A stretch of DNA of 64,000 nt from Escherichia phage vB_EcoM-101112UKE3-1: the sequence record MZ234013.1. One strand, written 5' to 3'. Below are positions 40,824 to 50,275 of the stretch, one piece after another. Position numbers and translations under genes: made by a program. Under the pieces are notes generated by a model. It was not told the DNA's origin, made no database searches, and was given only the letters and a program-made list of their open reading frames with translations. Within the stretch, counting starts at the first letter, position 1. Every line of letters starts with the position of its first letter.

Positions 40824-41276
40824 ATGGCATATTCTGGAAAATGGGTTCCTAAAAATATATCAAAGTATAGAGGTGACCCTAAAAAAATTACGTATAGATC
40901 AAATTGGGAAAAATTCTTTTTTGAATGGTTAGATAAAAATCCAGAAATTATTGCATGGGGTAGTGAAACAGCAGTAATTCCTTATTTTTGTAATGCAGAA
41001 GGGAAAAAACGTAGATACTTCATGGATATTTGGATGAAAGATTCTTCTGGACAAGAATTTTTTATTGAAATAAAACCTAAAAAAGAAACACAACCACCAG
41101 TTAAACCAGCACATCTAACAACCGCAGCGAAGAAAAGATTTATGAATGAAATTTATACATATTCTGTTAATACCGACAAATGGAAAGCAGCGCAAGCTTT
41201 AGCTGAAAAGCGTGGAATAAAATTTAGAATTCTGACAGAAGATGGATTACGAGCTCTTGGCTTTAAGGGGGCATAA
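40824..41276 (+). CDS. 4: head completion protein gp4
   Basis: 150 aa, same as T4 gp4. Confidence 0.85.
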   Translation: MAYSGKWVPKNISKYRGDPKKITYRSNWEKFFFEWLDKNPEIIAWGSETAVIPYFCNAEGKKRRYFMDIWMKDSSGQEFFIEIKPKKETQPPVKPAHLTTAAKKRFMNEIYTYSVNTDKWKAAQALAEKRGIKFRILTEDGLRALGFKGA

Positions 41277-42103
41277 TGGCTATTTTTCAAATAATTAATG
41301 AAAGCACTCCCCAAGTTCCAAAGGTTAAGCAATCATTAAACGAAAAGAAATGGATTCAGATAGGTCTTGAATATAAAAAGGCCAAAGCAAAAGGAATGAC
41401 AGGAAAGCAATTTGCTGAAGAAAGAGGAATCAAATACTCTACGTTTACTTCAGCAATGTCAAAATATGCTTCAGGAATTAAAACGGCTGAAAAGATTCAA
41501 AAGCTTGAATCAAAACCAATGAATAAACTCAATAAGCAAGAAAGACAACTGCTTATGATAAATTCATTCAGACAAACATTGCGCGATAAAATTCGTAATG
41601 AAGGTGCAGCAATTAATAATAAAACCAGAAAGTGGTTTGCTGAAACTATTAAGCAAGTAAAAGGACATAAGGTTGTTCGCCCGCAGCCGGGACGAATATA
41701 TGCTTTTGCTTATGATGCTAAACACAAGGAAACTCTTCCTTACTGGGATAAATTTCCTTTGATAATTTATCTTGGTTTAGGTAAACATAATTTAATGTAC
41801 GGATTAAACTTGCACTATATTCCACCTAAAGCTCGTCAGCAATTTCTAGAAGAGCTTTTAAAGCAATATTCAAATACACCTACTATTACTAATAAAACGA
41901 AATTAAAAATTGATTGGAGTCAAGTGAAAGGATTTAGGGGTGCAGACCAAATGATTAAGGCATATATACCTGGTAATATTATGGGTAGCCTTGTTGAAAT
42001 CGCCCCGAAAGACTGGGCGAACGTTGTGTTAATGCCACTCCAAAGCTTCTACTCCAAAGGAAAACGTTTCTCTGCAAACAAAGTTTGGAGCAATGTACGA
42101 TGA
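41276..42103 (+). CDS. 2: DNA end protector protein gp2
   Basis: 275 aa; T4 gp2 is 274 aa. Confidence 0.85.
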   Translation: MAIFQIINESTPQVPKVKQSLNEKKWIQIGLEYKKAKAKGMTGKQFAEERGIKYSTFTSAMSKYASGIKTAEKIQKLESKPMNKLNKQERQLLMINSFRQTLRDKIRNEGAAINNKTRKWFAETIKQVKGHKVVRPQPGRIYAFAYDAKHKETLPYWDKFPLIIYLGLGKHNLMYGLNLHYIPPKARQQFLEELLKQYSNTPTITNKTKLKIDWSQVKGFRGADQMIKAYIPGNIMGSLVEIAPKDWANVVLMPLQSFYSKGKRFSANKVWSNVR

Positions 42104-42759
42104 ATTATGAAAAAATTTATAATTTACTAATTGATAGGGCTCGCAATAGAGCCCTTATTGGATATAAAGAAAGACATCATATTATTCCGAAATGTTTAGG
42201 CGGTAGTAATGATGCTTCTAACTTGGTTGATTTAACTCCAGAAGAGCATTATGTTGCACATCAGCTATTAGTAAAAATACACCCAAATTCTTTAAAATTA
42301 TCTTATGCAGCCATAAAAATGACGGTTTCAACTAAATATGTTAGGAGAAATAATAAAGTTTATGGTTGGTTAAAAAGAAAACATGCAAATAATATTTCAA
42401 ATACACAAACTGGACGAAAATATTATAATAATGGTAAAAGATGTATAAAATTACATGATGGAGATATAATTCCTGAGGGATTTATTTTAGGAAGAGGATG
42501 GAGTCCGACACAAGGAACAACTCATTCTAGAAAAAATGACACATTTAAAAACAAAAAGCTTCAATCTGCTTTAGCTAATAAACGGTGGGAAAAAGAAAAG
42601 AAAATAATGTTAGATAACTTTGGAGTTAACACTATTGATGAAGCAAAGAAAATTGTTCTTGATTTTAAATCAACTTGTCATCCAAGATATTGGCGAAAGC
42701 CAACTTTAGAAAAATTTCCATTTATGACTTCTGCTCGTTTAAGAAGTCTAATAAATTAA
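42100..42759 (+). mobile_element. free-standing HNH homing endonuclease (219 aa) inserted between genes 2 and 3; paralog of the 13/14 insert
   Basis: [17 protein letters not shown]...ERHHIIPKCLGGSNDASNLVDLTPEEHYVAHQLLVKIHPNS parallels the 23384..24196 protein; ATGA overlap with gene 2 stop. Confidence 0.75.
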
Positions 42760-42865
42760 TTCTATTATCTTCCATTCTTTTCTGTTGTTTGTTCTAAATG
42801 GAATTGAATGGAAGGGACTTAGACCCATTATACCACCAACAGTTATAAAGCATTATGAGGAATAT

Positions 42866-43396
42866 ATGTCGCAAGCACTGCAACAAATTTTTAACCAAGC
42901 AAATACAACTAACTTTGTAGTATCAATACCACATAGTAATACTACATCTGCTTTTACTTTAAATGCTCAGTCAGTTCCTATTCCAGGAATTAGAATACCT
43001 GTTACTGATACCGTGACTGGGCCGTTTGGACTGGGCCGAGCACAACGTCCAGGTGCTACATTTGAGTACGATCCACTCATCGTGAGATTTATAGTTGATG
43101 AAGAACTTAAGTCATGGATAGGAATGTATGAATGGATGCTAGGAACTAGCAACTATCTTACAGGTGAAAATACTGCCCAAAAAACAGGTCCTGAATACAT
43201 TACGCTTTACATTTTAGATAATAGCAAAACTGAAATCGTGATGTCAATAAATTTTTATAAGCCTTGGGTTTCTGACCTATCTGAAGTAGAATTTAGCTAC
43301 ACAGAAGATTCAGACCCGGCTTTAGTATGTACAGCAACGATTCCTTATACGTATTTTCAAGTAGAAAAAGATGGAAAAATTATAGCGGAAGTTTAA
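42866..43396 (+). CDS. 3: tail tube terminator / sheath stabilizer gp3
   Basis: Internal ATG with gagga SD gives 176 aa as in T4 gp3. Confidence 0.8.
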   Translation: MSQALQQIFNQANTTNFVVSIPHSNTTSAFTLNAQSVPIPGIRIPVTDTVTGPFGLGRAQRPGATFEYDPLIVRFIVDEELKSWIGMYEWMLGTSNYLTGENTAQKTGPEYITLYILDNSKTEIVMSINFYKPWVSDLSEVEFSYTEDSDPALVCTATIPYTYFQVEKDGKIIAEV

Positions 43397-43445
43397 TGCT
43401 TCAGTTTCATGTGTTATAATCTTAACTAAATTTGAGGAGAAACAT

Positions 43446-44170
43446 ATGAAACTAATCTTTTTAAGCGGTGTAAAGCGTAGTGGAAAAGATACTACTGCTG
43501 ATTTTATCATGAGCAATTATTCTGCAGTTAAATACCAACTTGCTGGTCCTATTAAGGATGCATTGGCTTATGCATGGGGAGTATTTGCTGCAAATACTGA
43601 CTATCCTTGCTTAACTCGTAAAGAGTTTGAAGGAATTGACTATGATCGTGAGACTAATTTAAATCTAACTAAATTAGAAGTAATCACGATTATGGAACAA
43701 GCATTTTGCTATCTTAATGGTAAAAGCCCAATTAAAGGTGTGTTTGTTTTTGATGACGAAGGACAAGAATCAGTTAATTCCGTAGCATTTAACAAGATTA
43801 TTGACGTTATAAATAATATTGAAGATCAATGGTCAGTCCGTCGTCTGATGCAAGCCCTAGGTACGGATTTGATTGTTAATAACTTCGACCGCATGTACTG
43901 GGTAAAATTATTTGCTTTAGATTATCTTGATAAATTTAACTCAGGTTATGATTATTATATCGTTCCTGATACCCGTCAAGATCATGAAATGGATGCGGCT
44001 AGGGCGATGGGTGCTACAGTAATTCATGTAGTTCGTCCTGGTCAAAAATCCAATGATACACATATTACAGAAGCTGGATTGCCAATTCGTGATGGCGATT
44101 TAGTAATTACAAACGATGGTTCTCTTGAAGAACTTTTTTCTAAAATTAAAAATACACTAAAGGTACTATA

Positions 44171-44171
<1 letters not shown>
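43446..44171 (+). CDS. 1: dNMP kinase gp1
   Basis: 241 aa, same as T4 gp1; P-loop GVKRSGKDT. Confidence 0.9.
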
Positions 44172-44856
<685 letters not shown>

Positions 44857-44868
44857 TTTCACAAAGTT

Positions 44869-44898
44869 GTTTACATACTGATGAGGTAGTGATACTAT
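44869..44898 (+). promoter_or_regulatory. T4 early-type promoter with stem-loop (PeSL-like)
   Basis: gtttac -35, 18 nt spacer, TGaTACTAT extended -10; -10 sits in the loop of hairpin tgatgaggta/tacctcatca. Confidence 0.6.
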
Positions 44899-44929
44899 TA
44901 CCTCATCAAAATTAATTAGGAAAATAAAA

Positions 44930-45187
44930 ATGAAAACTTTCAAAGAGTTTGCTACAAAAACTACTATCACTGAATCTTCCCACGGTATGGAAGTAAAGCT
45001 TGGAATGGCTTTAGCTGAAGCTGAGCGTCTTTTCTCTCGTATTAAAGAACTTGCTGCTGCGGTCGATCCTTCATCTTTTAAAGGAGACCAAACTAAAGTT
45101 AAAGCACTTTTAGCATTATGCTCCGATGCAGGAGAAATTGCTAAAAATGGCTCTAAGATGAAGAAACGATTAGAAGATTTAAAATAA
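44930..45187 (+). CDS. internal-protein-like small protein with capsid-targeting-like N-terminus
   Basis: 85 aa; MKTFKEFATK...ITE resembles the T4 internal protein leader (MKTYQEFIAE) cleaved by gp21. Confidence 0.5.
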   Translation: MKTFKEFATKTTITESSHGMEVKLGMALAEAERLFSRIKELAAAVDPSSFKGDQTKVKALLALCSDAGEIAKNGSKMKKRLEDLK

Positions 45188-45199
45188 TTTCACAAAGTT

Positions 45200-45229
45200 G
45201 TTTACATAGGGTTTTAGTTGTGATACTAT
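45200..45229 (+). promoter_or_regulatory. T4 early-type promoter with stem-loop (PeSL-like)
   Basis: 32 nt identical to the 44869 copy, then a different stem (ataggg/ccctat) around the conserved gtgatactat loop. Confidence 0.6.
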
Positions 45230-45263
45230 TACCCTATCAAAACAAAACCAAATGGAAATCAAA

Positions 45264-45497
45264 ATGAAAACTTACCAAGAATTTATTGCTGAAACTGCTG
45301 ATGTAAAAGTTGAGTTTATTTACACTGGCAAGAAAGATAAAATGGGTGAAATGCCTCATGGAGTTCTTCGTGATGCATTAGATAATTTCGGTCAACTCGC
45401 CGCAGAAGATTACGGTGATAAAATTGTTGTTACTGGTCCTGCTGCAGTTATTGAAAAATGGGCAGCAGAAAATAAATCAATTTTTCGTAAAAAATAA
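45264..45497 (+). CDS. internal protein (IP) with canonical capsid targeting sequence
   Basis: Starts MKTYQEFIAE, the T4 IP leader; 77 aa from the ATG at 45264 (track ORF starts at an upstream ATG, 45252). Confidence 0.6.
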   Translation: MKTYQEFIAETADVKVEFIYTGKKDKMGEMPHGVLRDALDNFGQLAAEDYGDKIVVTGPAAVIEKWAAENKSIFRKK

Positions 45498-45527
45498 GTT
45501 TACTTTTAGATAGGGTAGTGATACTAT
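45498..45527 (+). promoter_or_regulatory. T4 early-type promoter with stem-loop (PeSL-like)
   Basis: gtttac, 18 nt, tgatactat inside hairpin gatagggtag/ctaccctatc. Confidence 0.55.
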
Positions 45528-45555
45528 TACCCTATCTACTACTGAGGAGAATAAA

Positions 45556-45741
45556 ATGAAACGTTGTGAATTAATTCGAAATGTTGCTATTGCAATTTCT
45601 GCTTCCGCTTTCAGTTTTTCAATGTTTGTTGGATTTATATGCGGATTATTGACTACGGCAGAAAATGTTTTTTCACTTGTAGTAGCATTTTTAATTGGTT
45701 TAATTGCTATTGTTATGGATAAAATTTCTAAAGGTGAATAA
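45556..45741 (+). CDS. small hydrophobic membrane protein
   Basis: 61 aa, two hydrophobic segments; SD gaggag. Confidence 0.45.
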   Translation: MKRCELIRNVAIAISASAFSFSMFVGFICGLLTTAENVFSLVVAFLIGLIAIVMDKISKGE

Positions 45742-46139
45742 TGAACGTTGAATATTATGTATATGCGGATTACGAAAATAATCCGTCTAAAGATGAAGAT
45801 AATCGTTTAGGTGTAGATGCTTTCGATTCCCCTGCGGCGGCATGGCAATGGGTTGAAAGAACCGATATTCCTTACCGTTATATTGAAGTGGTTGACCACG
45901 CAGGAAACAAGTATCCTAAGGAAGCATATGTTCCTTCCGGGAAGGTAAATTTCCTTTTGTTTGCAGGTGATAATTATTATCCACGTGGTGGGTATACCGA
46001 TTTAATCGCTAAAGCATTCTCTGAAGATGAACTCCGTGACATTATCAAAGAAAATGAAAACAAACCGATGGGTTCTAATCGCTTTGACTGGTGGCAAATC
46101 GTAAATGCCAATACTCATACTATTGTTGATGAAGGCTGA
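45741..46139 (+). CDS. hypothetical protein
   Basis: 132 aa ORF coupled (ATGA) to the upstream ORF. Confidence 0.5.
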   Translation: MNVEYYVYADYENNPSKDEDNRLGVDAFDSPAAAWQWVERTDIPYRYIEVVDHAGNKYPKEAYVPSGKVNFLLFAGDNYYPRGGYTDLIAKAFSEDELRDIIKENENKPMGSNRFDWWQIVNANTHTIVDEG

Positions 46140-46141
46140 TA

Positions 46142-46429
46142 ATGATTCTTTATGCTAAAGTATCATCCATTGAAAATGGATATAAATATGATCAAGAAGC
46201 AGCTAAAGCCTTGATTGATGATTATGGCATTTTAACCTGTTTTGAAGTTGAAAAGGTTTACATTGACCGTTCATCTTCTCAAGTTAAATTAGTGAAGGAA
46301 GACCGTAAATTTAACACAGTTAACTTTGATTTCTTTATTGAAACGGAAAAAGGTCCTCTTGAATATAATATTTTCAAGAATCCTTTGGGTCTTGAATGTA
46401 TCGTAAATACGTATTATCATAAATGGTAA
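46142..46429 (+). CDS. hypothetical protein
   Basis: 95 aa ORF immediately after the previous stop. Confidence 0.5.
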   Translation: MILYAKVSSIENGYKYDQEAAKALIDDYGILTCFEVEKVYIDRSSSQVKLVKEDRKFNTVNFDFFIETEKGPLEYNIFKNPLGLECIVNTYYHKW

Positions 46430-46526
46430 ATATGCTTTAAGAATTATTTGTTATTATTAACTCATATCGCACTGATTAATACCCTCTATCATCAAGGGTT
46501 CTTGCTTAAGAGCCTTTGTTAATAAT

Positions 46527-46599
46527 TGGGAATTAGCCAAGTTGGTAAGGCACTGGATTTTGATTCCAGGATGCAAAGGTTCGAGTCCTTTATTCCCAG
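46527..46599 (+). tRNA. tRNA-Gln (UUG)
   Basis: Cloverleaf by eye: acceptor tgggaat/attccca, anticodon loop ttTTGat, T-arm ggttcgagtcc. Confidence 0.85.
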
Positions 46600-46600
46600 C

Positions 46601-46687
46601 GCGAGAATGGCCAAATTGGTAAAGGCACAGCACTTAAAATGCTGCGGAATGATTTCCTTGTGGGTTCGAGTCCCACTTCTCGCACCA
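46601..46687 (+). tRNA. tRNA-Leu (UAA), class II, encoded CCA
   Basis: Acceptor gcgagaa/ttctcgc, anticodon loop ctTAAaa, long variable arm, gggttcgagtccc T-arm. Confidence 0.85.
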
Positions 46688-46692
46688 AATTT

Positions 46693-46766
<74 letters not shown>

Positions 46767-46776
46767 ATTTAATTTA

Positions 46777-46850
46777 CTCCGTGTAGCTCAGTTTGGTAGA
46801 GCGTCTGCTTTGGGAGCAGAATGTCGTAGGTTCAAATCCTGCCACGGAGA
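46777..46850 (+). tRNA. tRNA-Pro (UGG)
   Basis: Acceptor ctccgtg/cacggag, anticodon loop ttTGGga, T-arm ggttcaaatcc. Confidence 0.85.
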
Positions 46851-46852
46851 CT

Positions 46853-46939
46853 GGAGGCGTGGCAGAGTGGTTTAATGCACCGGTCTTGAAAACCGGCAGT
46901 CGCTCCGGCGACTCATAGGTTCAAATCCTATCGCCTCCG
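46853..46939 (+). tRNA. tRNA-Ser (UGA), class II
   Basis: Acceptor ggaggcg/cgcctcc, anticodon loop ctTGAaa, long variable arm. Confidence 0.85.
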
Positions 46940-46941
46940 TT

Positions 46942-47017
46942 GCTGATTTAGCTCAGTAGGTAGAGCAACTCACTTGTAATGAGAAGGTCGGCGGTTCGAT
47001 TCCGTCAATCAGCACCA
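46942..47017 (+). tRNA. tRNA-Thr (UGU)
   Basis: Acceptor gctgatt/aatcagc, anticodon loop ctTGTaa, ggttcgattcc T-arm, CCA. Confidence 0.85.
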
Positions 47018-47018
47018 A

Positions 47019-47095
47019 GGCCCTGTAGCTCAATGGTTAGCAGCAGTCCCCTCATAAGGGAAAGGTTACCAGTTCAAATCTGGTCTGGGTCACCA
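47019..47095 (+). tRNA. tRNA-Ile (anticodon CAU, lysidine type; a naive predictor would call Met)
   Basis: Anticodon loop ctCATaa, T-arm agttcaaatct, CCA; T4 carries a CAU-anticodon tRNA-Ile at this position. Confidence 0.8.
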
Positions 47096-47104
47096 AATTA
47101 ATTA

Positions 47105-47191
47105 GGGGAGTTATCCCGTAGAGGTAGCGGTGTGGACTGTAAATCCATTGTCATTGCGACTCGGGTGGTTCGACTCCATCACTCCCCACCA
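47105..47191 (+). tRNA. candidate tRNA-Tyr (GUA), class II with long variable arm
   Basis: Perfect 7-bp acceptor ggggagt/actcccc, anticodon loop ctGTAaa, 15-nt variable arm, T-arm ggtgg-ttcgact-ccatc, CCA; resembles E. coli tRNA-Tyr. Confidence 0.65.
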
Positions 47192-47237
47192 ATTTATGAC
47201 TCGTCGTGAGACGCTCAGTTCTTTATTAAGGACTGAT

Positions 47238-47903
47238 ATGCATTTTTATCTTTATAAAATAACAAATAAAATTAATAATAAAATTTATATTGGTGTGCAT
47301 TCTACCGAAAATTTAGATGATGGATATATGGGTTCTGGTAAATTATTAAAAAGAGCCCAAGACAGGTATGGTATAGAAAATTTTTCTAAAGAAATATTAG
47401 AATATTTTGATGATAAAGAATCTATGCTTGAAGCCGAGAAAAATATTGTTACAGAAGAGTTTTTAAATAGACCAGATGTGTATAATTTAAAACTTGGCGG
47501 TGAAGGCGGATGGGATCATATAAATATTCCTGAGATGCTAAATCAGAAGAAAGACGCTAGTTTAAAAGGAGCTAAATCGTTTAAGTCACGTTTTAAAAAT
47601 GATATTTTACTTCAAGAAAAATATCGTCAAAATGGTTCAAATGTATTTAAACGTTTATGGTCAACTCCTGAATACAAGGAAAAATTTTTAAATAATAGCA
47701 GATTTTTAAATAAGCATCATACTCTTGAAACTATTAATAAAATGAAAGAAATTCACGCTAAAAATAATCACCAGAAAGGTGAAAAGAATTCCCAATTTGG
47801 TATGATGTGGATTCATTCATTAGATGAAAAAGTTTCTAAACGTATTAAGAAAACTGACCCAATTCCAGAAGGATGGTTTAAAGGTCGAAAAATGAAATTT
47901 TAA
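47238..47903 (+). mobile_element. segB: GIY-YIG homing endonuclease SegB in the tRNA cluster
   Basis: MHFYLYKITNKINNKIYIGVHST...GYMGSG GIY-YIG motif; 221 aa from the ATG at 47238, as T4 SegB; the longer track ORF would start inside the tRNA. Confidence 0.8.
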
Positions 47904-47908
47904 ATTAC

Positions 47909-47983
47909 GTCCCGCTGGTGTAATGGATAGCATACGATCCTTCTAAGTTTGCGGTCCTGGTTCGATCCCAGGGCGGGATACCA
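47909..47983 (+). tRNA. tRNA-Arg (UCU)
   Basis: Acceptor gtcccgc/gcgggat, anticodon loop ctTCTaa, T-arm cctggttcgatcccagg, CCA. Confidence 0.85.
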
Positions 47984-47989
47984 AATGAG

Positions 47990-48296
47990 AAACCGGGTCG
48001 CTACCGGTAAGTCGTCGGACTGATGTTCCCTGTTTAAGGACTGGCATTAATAAATCTTTATGTTTTGTTAATGCCCCCTTATATCACAGCAGAAACGGCG
48101 CACCGAATTATCGATTCGAGGAAATATCTTTGCCATAAGCCGAGTAGCGTTTTTGACGGAACGTTCGGATATGGTCGAGATATGGCCTTTTAAAAATATT
48201 GAGTAGCGTCAACTGCTTAATAACCGGGTTCGAATCCCGGCGTTTCGTACAAACACTTGCCTTAGCAGGTGGAACCCCGACAAGGTTGCCGCAAGG
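47990..48296 (+). ncRNA. candidate small stable RNAs downstream of tRNA-Arg (T4 species 1 / species 2 RNA-like)
   Basis: About 300 nt with no ORF, GC-rich helices and a tRNA-like T-arm (ccgggttcgaatcccgg); T4 has rnaC/rnaD next to tRNA-Arg. Boundaries not determined. Confidence 0.3.
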
Positions 48297-48330
48297 CTTA
48301 GCCCCGACCGAAAGGTTGGGGCTTTTTAGT
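48297..48330 (+). terminator. rho-independent terminator (copy 1 of a duplicated terminator)
   Basis: cttagccccgaccgaaaggttggggcttttt: 8-bp stem, GAAA loop, T-tract; followed by TATAAATA at 48330..48337. Confidence 0.65.
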
Positions 48331-48373
48331 ATAAATAAGTATATTAAAACCCCGAATTAAAACAGGAAATAAG

Positions 48374-48847
48374 ATGAAATCATATACTCAATTTTTAAAT
48401 GAAGCGGTGTTAAATGAAGCATCTAGCACTGAAATTCAAGCTGTTGCAAAAGCTGCCATTGCCGCGGGTAAATATTCCTATAAAGATGCTTCCGATGAAT
48501 CACGATTCCAATTTGCTCGTGATATGAAAGCCGAAGGATTTACAGGGAATGCAGTTAGTATGGCTTGGAAAAGTTTAGTTGCTACTGGAGCTGCTTTTGC
48601 AAAGGCTTCAGGTAAACCTGCTCCTAAAGCAGATCCTAAAGTCACACAAGAGAAAAATATTGTTAAAGGAATTATCTCCAAATATGAAGCTATCCTTAAA
48701 GAGCTTTTAGTAATCAAAACTGAAGGCCAAAAGCTAGCTCGTGCTTATAGTTTCAAAGATAACCCACATGTTCACTCTCTTGAGTATGTTGAAGACATCC
48801 AAAAAATTATTAAAGACCGCATTTGGTCTGCTAAACAAATCAAATAA
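48374..48847 (+). CDS. internal-protein-like protein with capsid-targeting-like leader
   Basis: 157 aa; MKSYTQFLNE-A resembles the IP leader; late promoter box about 37 nt upstream; flanked by duplicated terminators. Confidence 0.5.
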   Translation: MKSYTQFLNEAVLNEASSTEIQAVAKAAIAAGKYSYKDASDESRFQFARDMKAEGFTGNAVSMAWKSLVATGAAFAKASGKPAPKADPKVTQEKNIVKGIISKYEAILKELLVIKTEGQKLARAYSFKDNPHVHSLEYVEDIQKIIKDRIWSAKQIK

Positions 48848-48851
48848 CATT

Positions 48852-48885
48852 CTTAGCCCCGACCAAAAGGTTGGGGCTTTTTGGT
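48852..48885 (+). terminator. rho-independent terminator (copy 2, near-identical to 48297..48330)
   Basis: cttagccccgaccaaaaggttggggcttttt. Confidence 0.65.
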
Positions 48886-49015
48886 ATCTAGGCCTTTCCG
48901 GGCCTCTCTAGACATCATTTAGTTTCTACCCTTTATAATATATTATCCTATCTTTTAATTGCCCCTCCCTGCCCTAGAATTCCCTAAAACTTTTTAAAAA
49001 TTTTTTCACAAAACT

Positions 49016-49045
49016 GTTTACATCCCTGTTCTTCCATGGTACTAT
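49016..49045 (+). promoter_or_regulatory. T4 early-type promoter (class with tggtactatacaactatc)
   Basis: gtttac, 18 nt, TGgTACTAT; same module at about 59868 and 63456. Confidence 0.55.
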
Positions 49046-49087
49046 ACAACTATCAACTACTGATACAAAAACAACTTGGAGAATGAA

Positions 49088-49351
49088 ATGGATAATTACG
49101 GCGAACTGTTCAACTTCTTTATGAAATGTGTTTCAGAAGATTTCGGTCGTACAGTGAATGATATTAAAGTTATCGGTCCTGACCATCCGATGTTTGAAAC
49201 CTATGCAGTAATGGGTAATGAAGATGGTCAGTGGTATACTGTAAAGGTTGTGATTAACATGTTCACTGCTGAAGGTTATGTTAAACTGTCTTCTAAAGTT
49301 TACCATGATAACGATGAAATCGCAGAAGAATATTTCAATAATATGAAATAA
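49088..49351 (+). CDS. hypothetical protein
   Basis: 87 aa from the ATG at 49088 (SD ggag); track ORF starts at a TTG at 49076. Confidence 0.5.
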   Translation: MDNYGELFNFFMKCVSEDFGRTVNDIKVIGPDHPMFETYAVMGNEDGQWYTVKVVINMFTAEGYVKLSSKVYHDNDEIAEEYFNNMK

Positions 49352-49420
49352 TTGTGTACAAACGCCAAGGACGGTGTTATTATAGACTTATCAAAACAAA
49401 TACAGAAAACGGAGAAATAA

Positions 49421-49597
49421 ATGACTACTTTAATTATTTGGTTCGACGAAAATGAAGAAACATACTGCGTGAACATTGGCGAAAGCCCAATGCCAGAATT
49501 TGAATCTTCGGATAAAAACTCGGTTGTATCTTGGGCTGAAGGTTATAAAGCAGCAAAAGGCGATGTTGAAATAGTTTACAAACTATCCGGAGTATAA
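49421..49597 (+). CDS. small hypothetical protein (58 aa)
   Basis: Hand-translated MTTLIIWFDENEETYCVNIGESPMPEF...; SD ggag; below track cutoff; preferred over the antisense track ORF 49434..49622. Confidence 0.4.
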   Translation: MTTLIIWFDENEETYCVNIGESPMPEFESSDKNSVVSWAEGYKAAKGDVEIVYKLSGV

Positions 49598-49640
49598 TAC
49601 TCTCATGGATTTTAAATCTCAATTAACCTAAGGAAATACT

Positions 49641-50234
49641 ATGAACACACTGAAGAAAATTGTTGAGTTTATTCGCACTAAACTTGGTTCTGCTATGGCT
49701 AAAAATCTATCTGTCGAAGAACAGTATACTGCTGCAGCAGCAAAACTACTTGATAAAATTAAAGATCTAAAAACTGCTTCTGTTAAATCTATTAACGAAG
49801 AAAAACGTATTCGTGAACTTGTTATCGAAAAGAATCGACAGGCCGAATCAAAAGAGCGTGAAATTCGTAAACTTCTTTCCGAAGGCCAAGATGTAACAAT
49901 GCATGCTAAACTCGGTTTACTATATCGTCGAACAGCTGAGCAGTTGACTACTAAGGCTGACGGTTATGCTGAAATGCGAATTGAAATCGCCAAGAAAGTA
50001 GTTGAGTTAGATGATGCTCGTCAAGAACTTGCGGTTAAATTGGAATATATCCGTGAAACTCGTGCAGCAAATGCCCTTGGAATTAGTACTGCCGATGATG
50101 TAGTTGAAATTGCAGCACTGACTAAGGTTGATATTGAAGATACCCTTGCTCGAGTTGAAACCTTTAACGGTAATATTTCTGGGGTTGAAACTACCTCTGC
50201 CGATGTTCAGGAATACATTAATTCTCTGAAATAA
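49641..50234 (+). CDS. hypothetical coiled-coil protein
   Basis: 197 aa, heptad-rich charged sequence; SD aaggaa. Confidence 0.55.
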   Translation: MNTLKKIVEFIRTKLGSAMAKNLSVEEQYTAAAAKLLDKIKDLKTASVKSINEEKRIRELVIEKNRQAESKEREIRKLLSEGQDVTMHAKLGLLYRRTAEQLTTKADGYAEMRIEIAKKVVELDDARQELAVKLEYIRETRAANALGISTADDVVEIAALTKVDIEDTLARVETFNGNISGVETTSADVQEYINSLK

Positions 50235-50236
50235 TG

Positions 50237-50258
50237 ATAAGGGGCTTCGGCCCCTTAT
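50237..50258 (+). other. GC hairpin after the 49641 ORF (possible terminator or processing site)
   Basis: ataaggggcttcggccccttat; weak T-tract. Confidence 0.35.
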
Positions 50259-50275
50259 ACTTGGAGTAAATAGGA

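Noticed and set aside
47130-47237. Extended N-terminus of the segB ORF (MWTVNPLSLRLGWFD...)
   Set aside because: This extension is the in-frame read-through of the candidate tRNA-Tyr; the conserved GIY-YIG protein starts at 47238 and gives the T4 SegB length.
49434-49622. 62 aa minus-strand track ORF
   Set aside because: A plus-strand 58 aa ORF (49421..49597) with an SD, in the same orientation as all neighbours, explains the region better.
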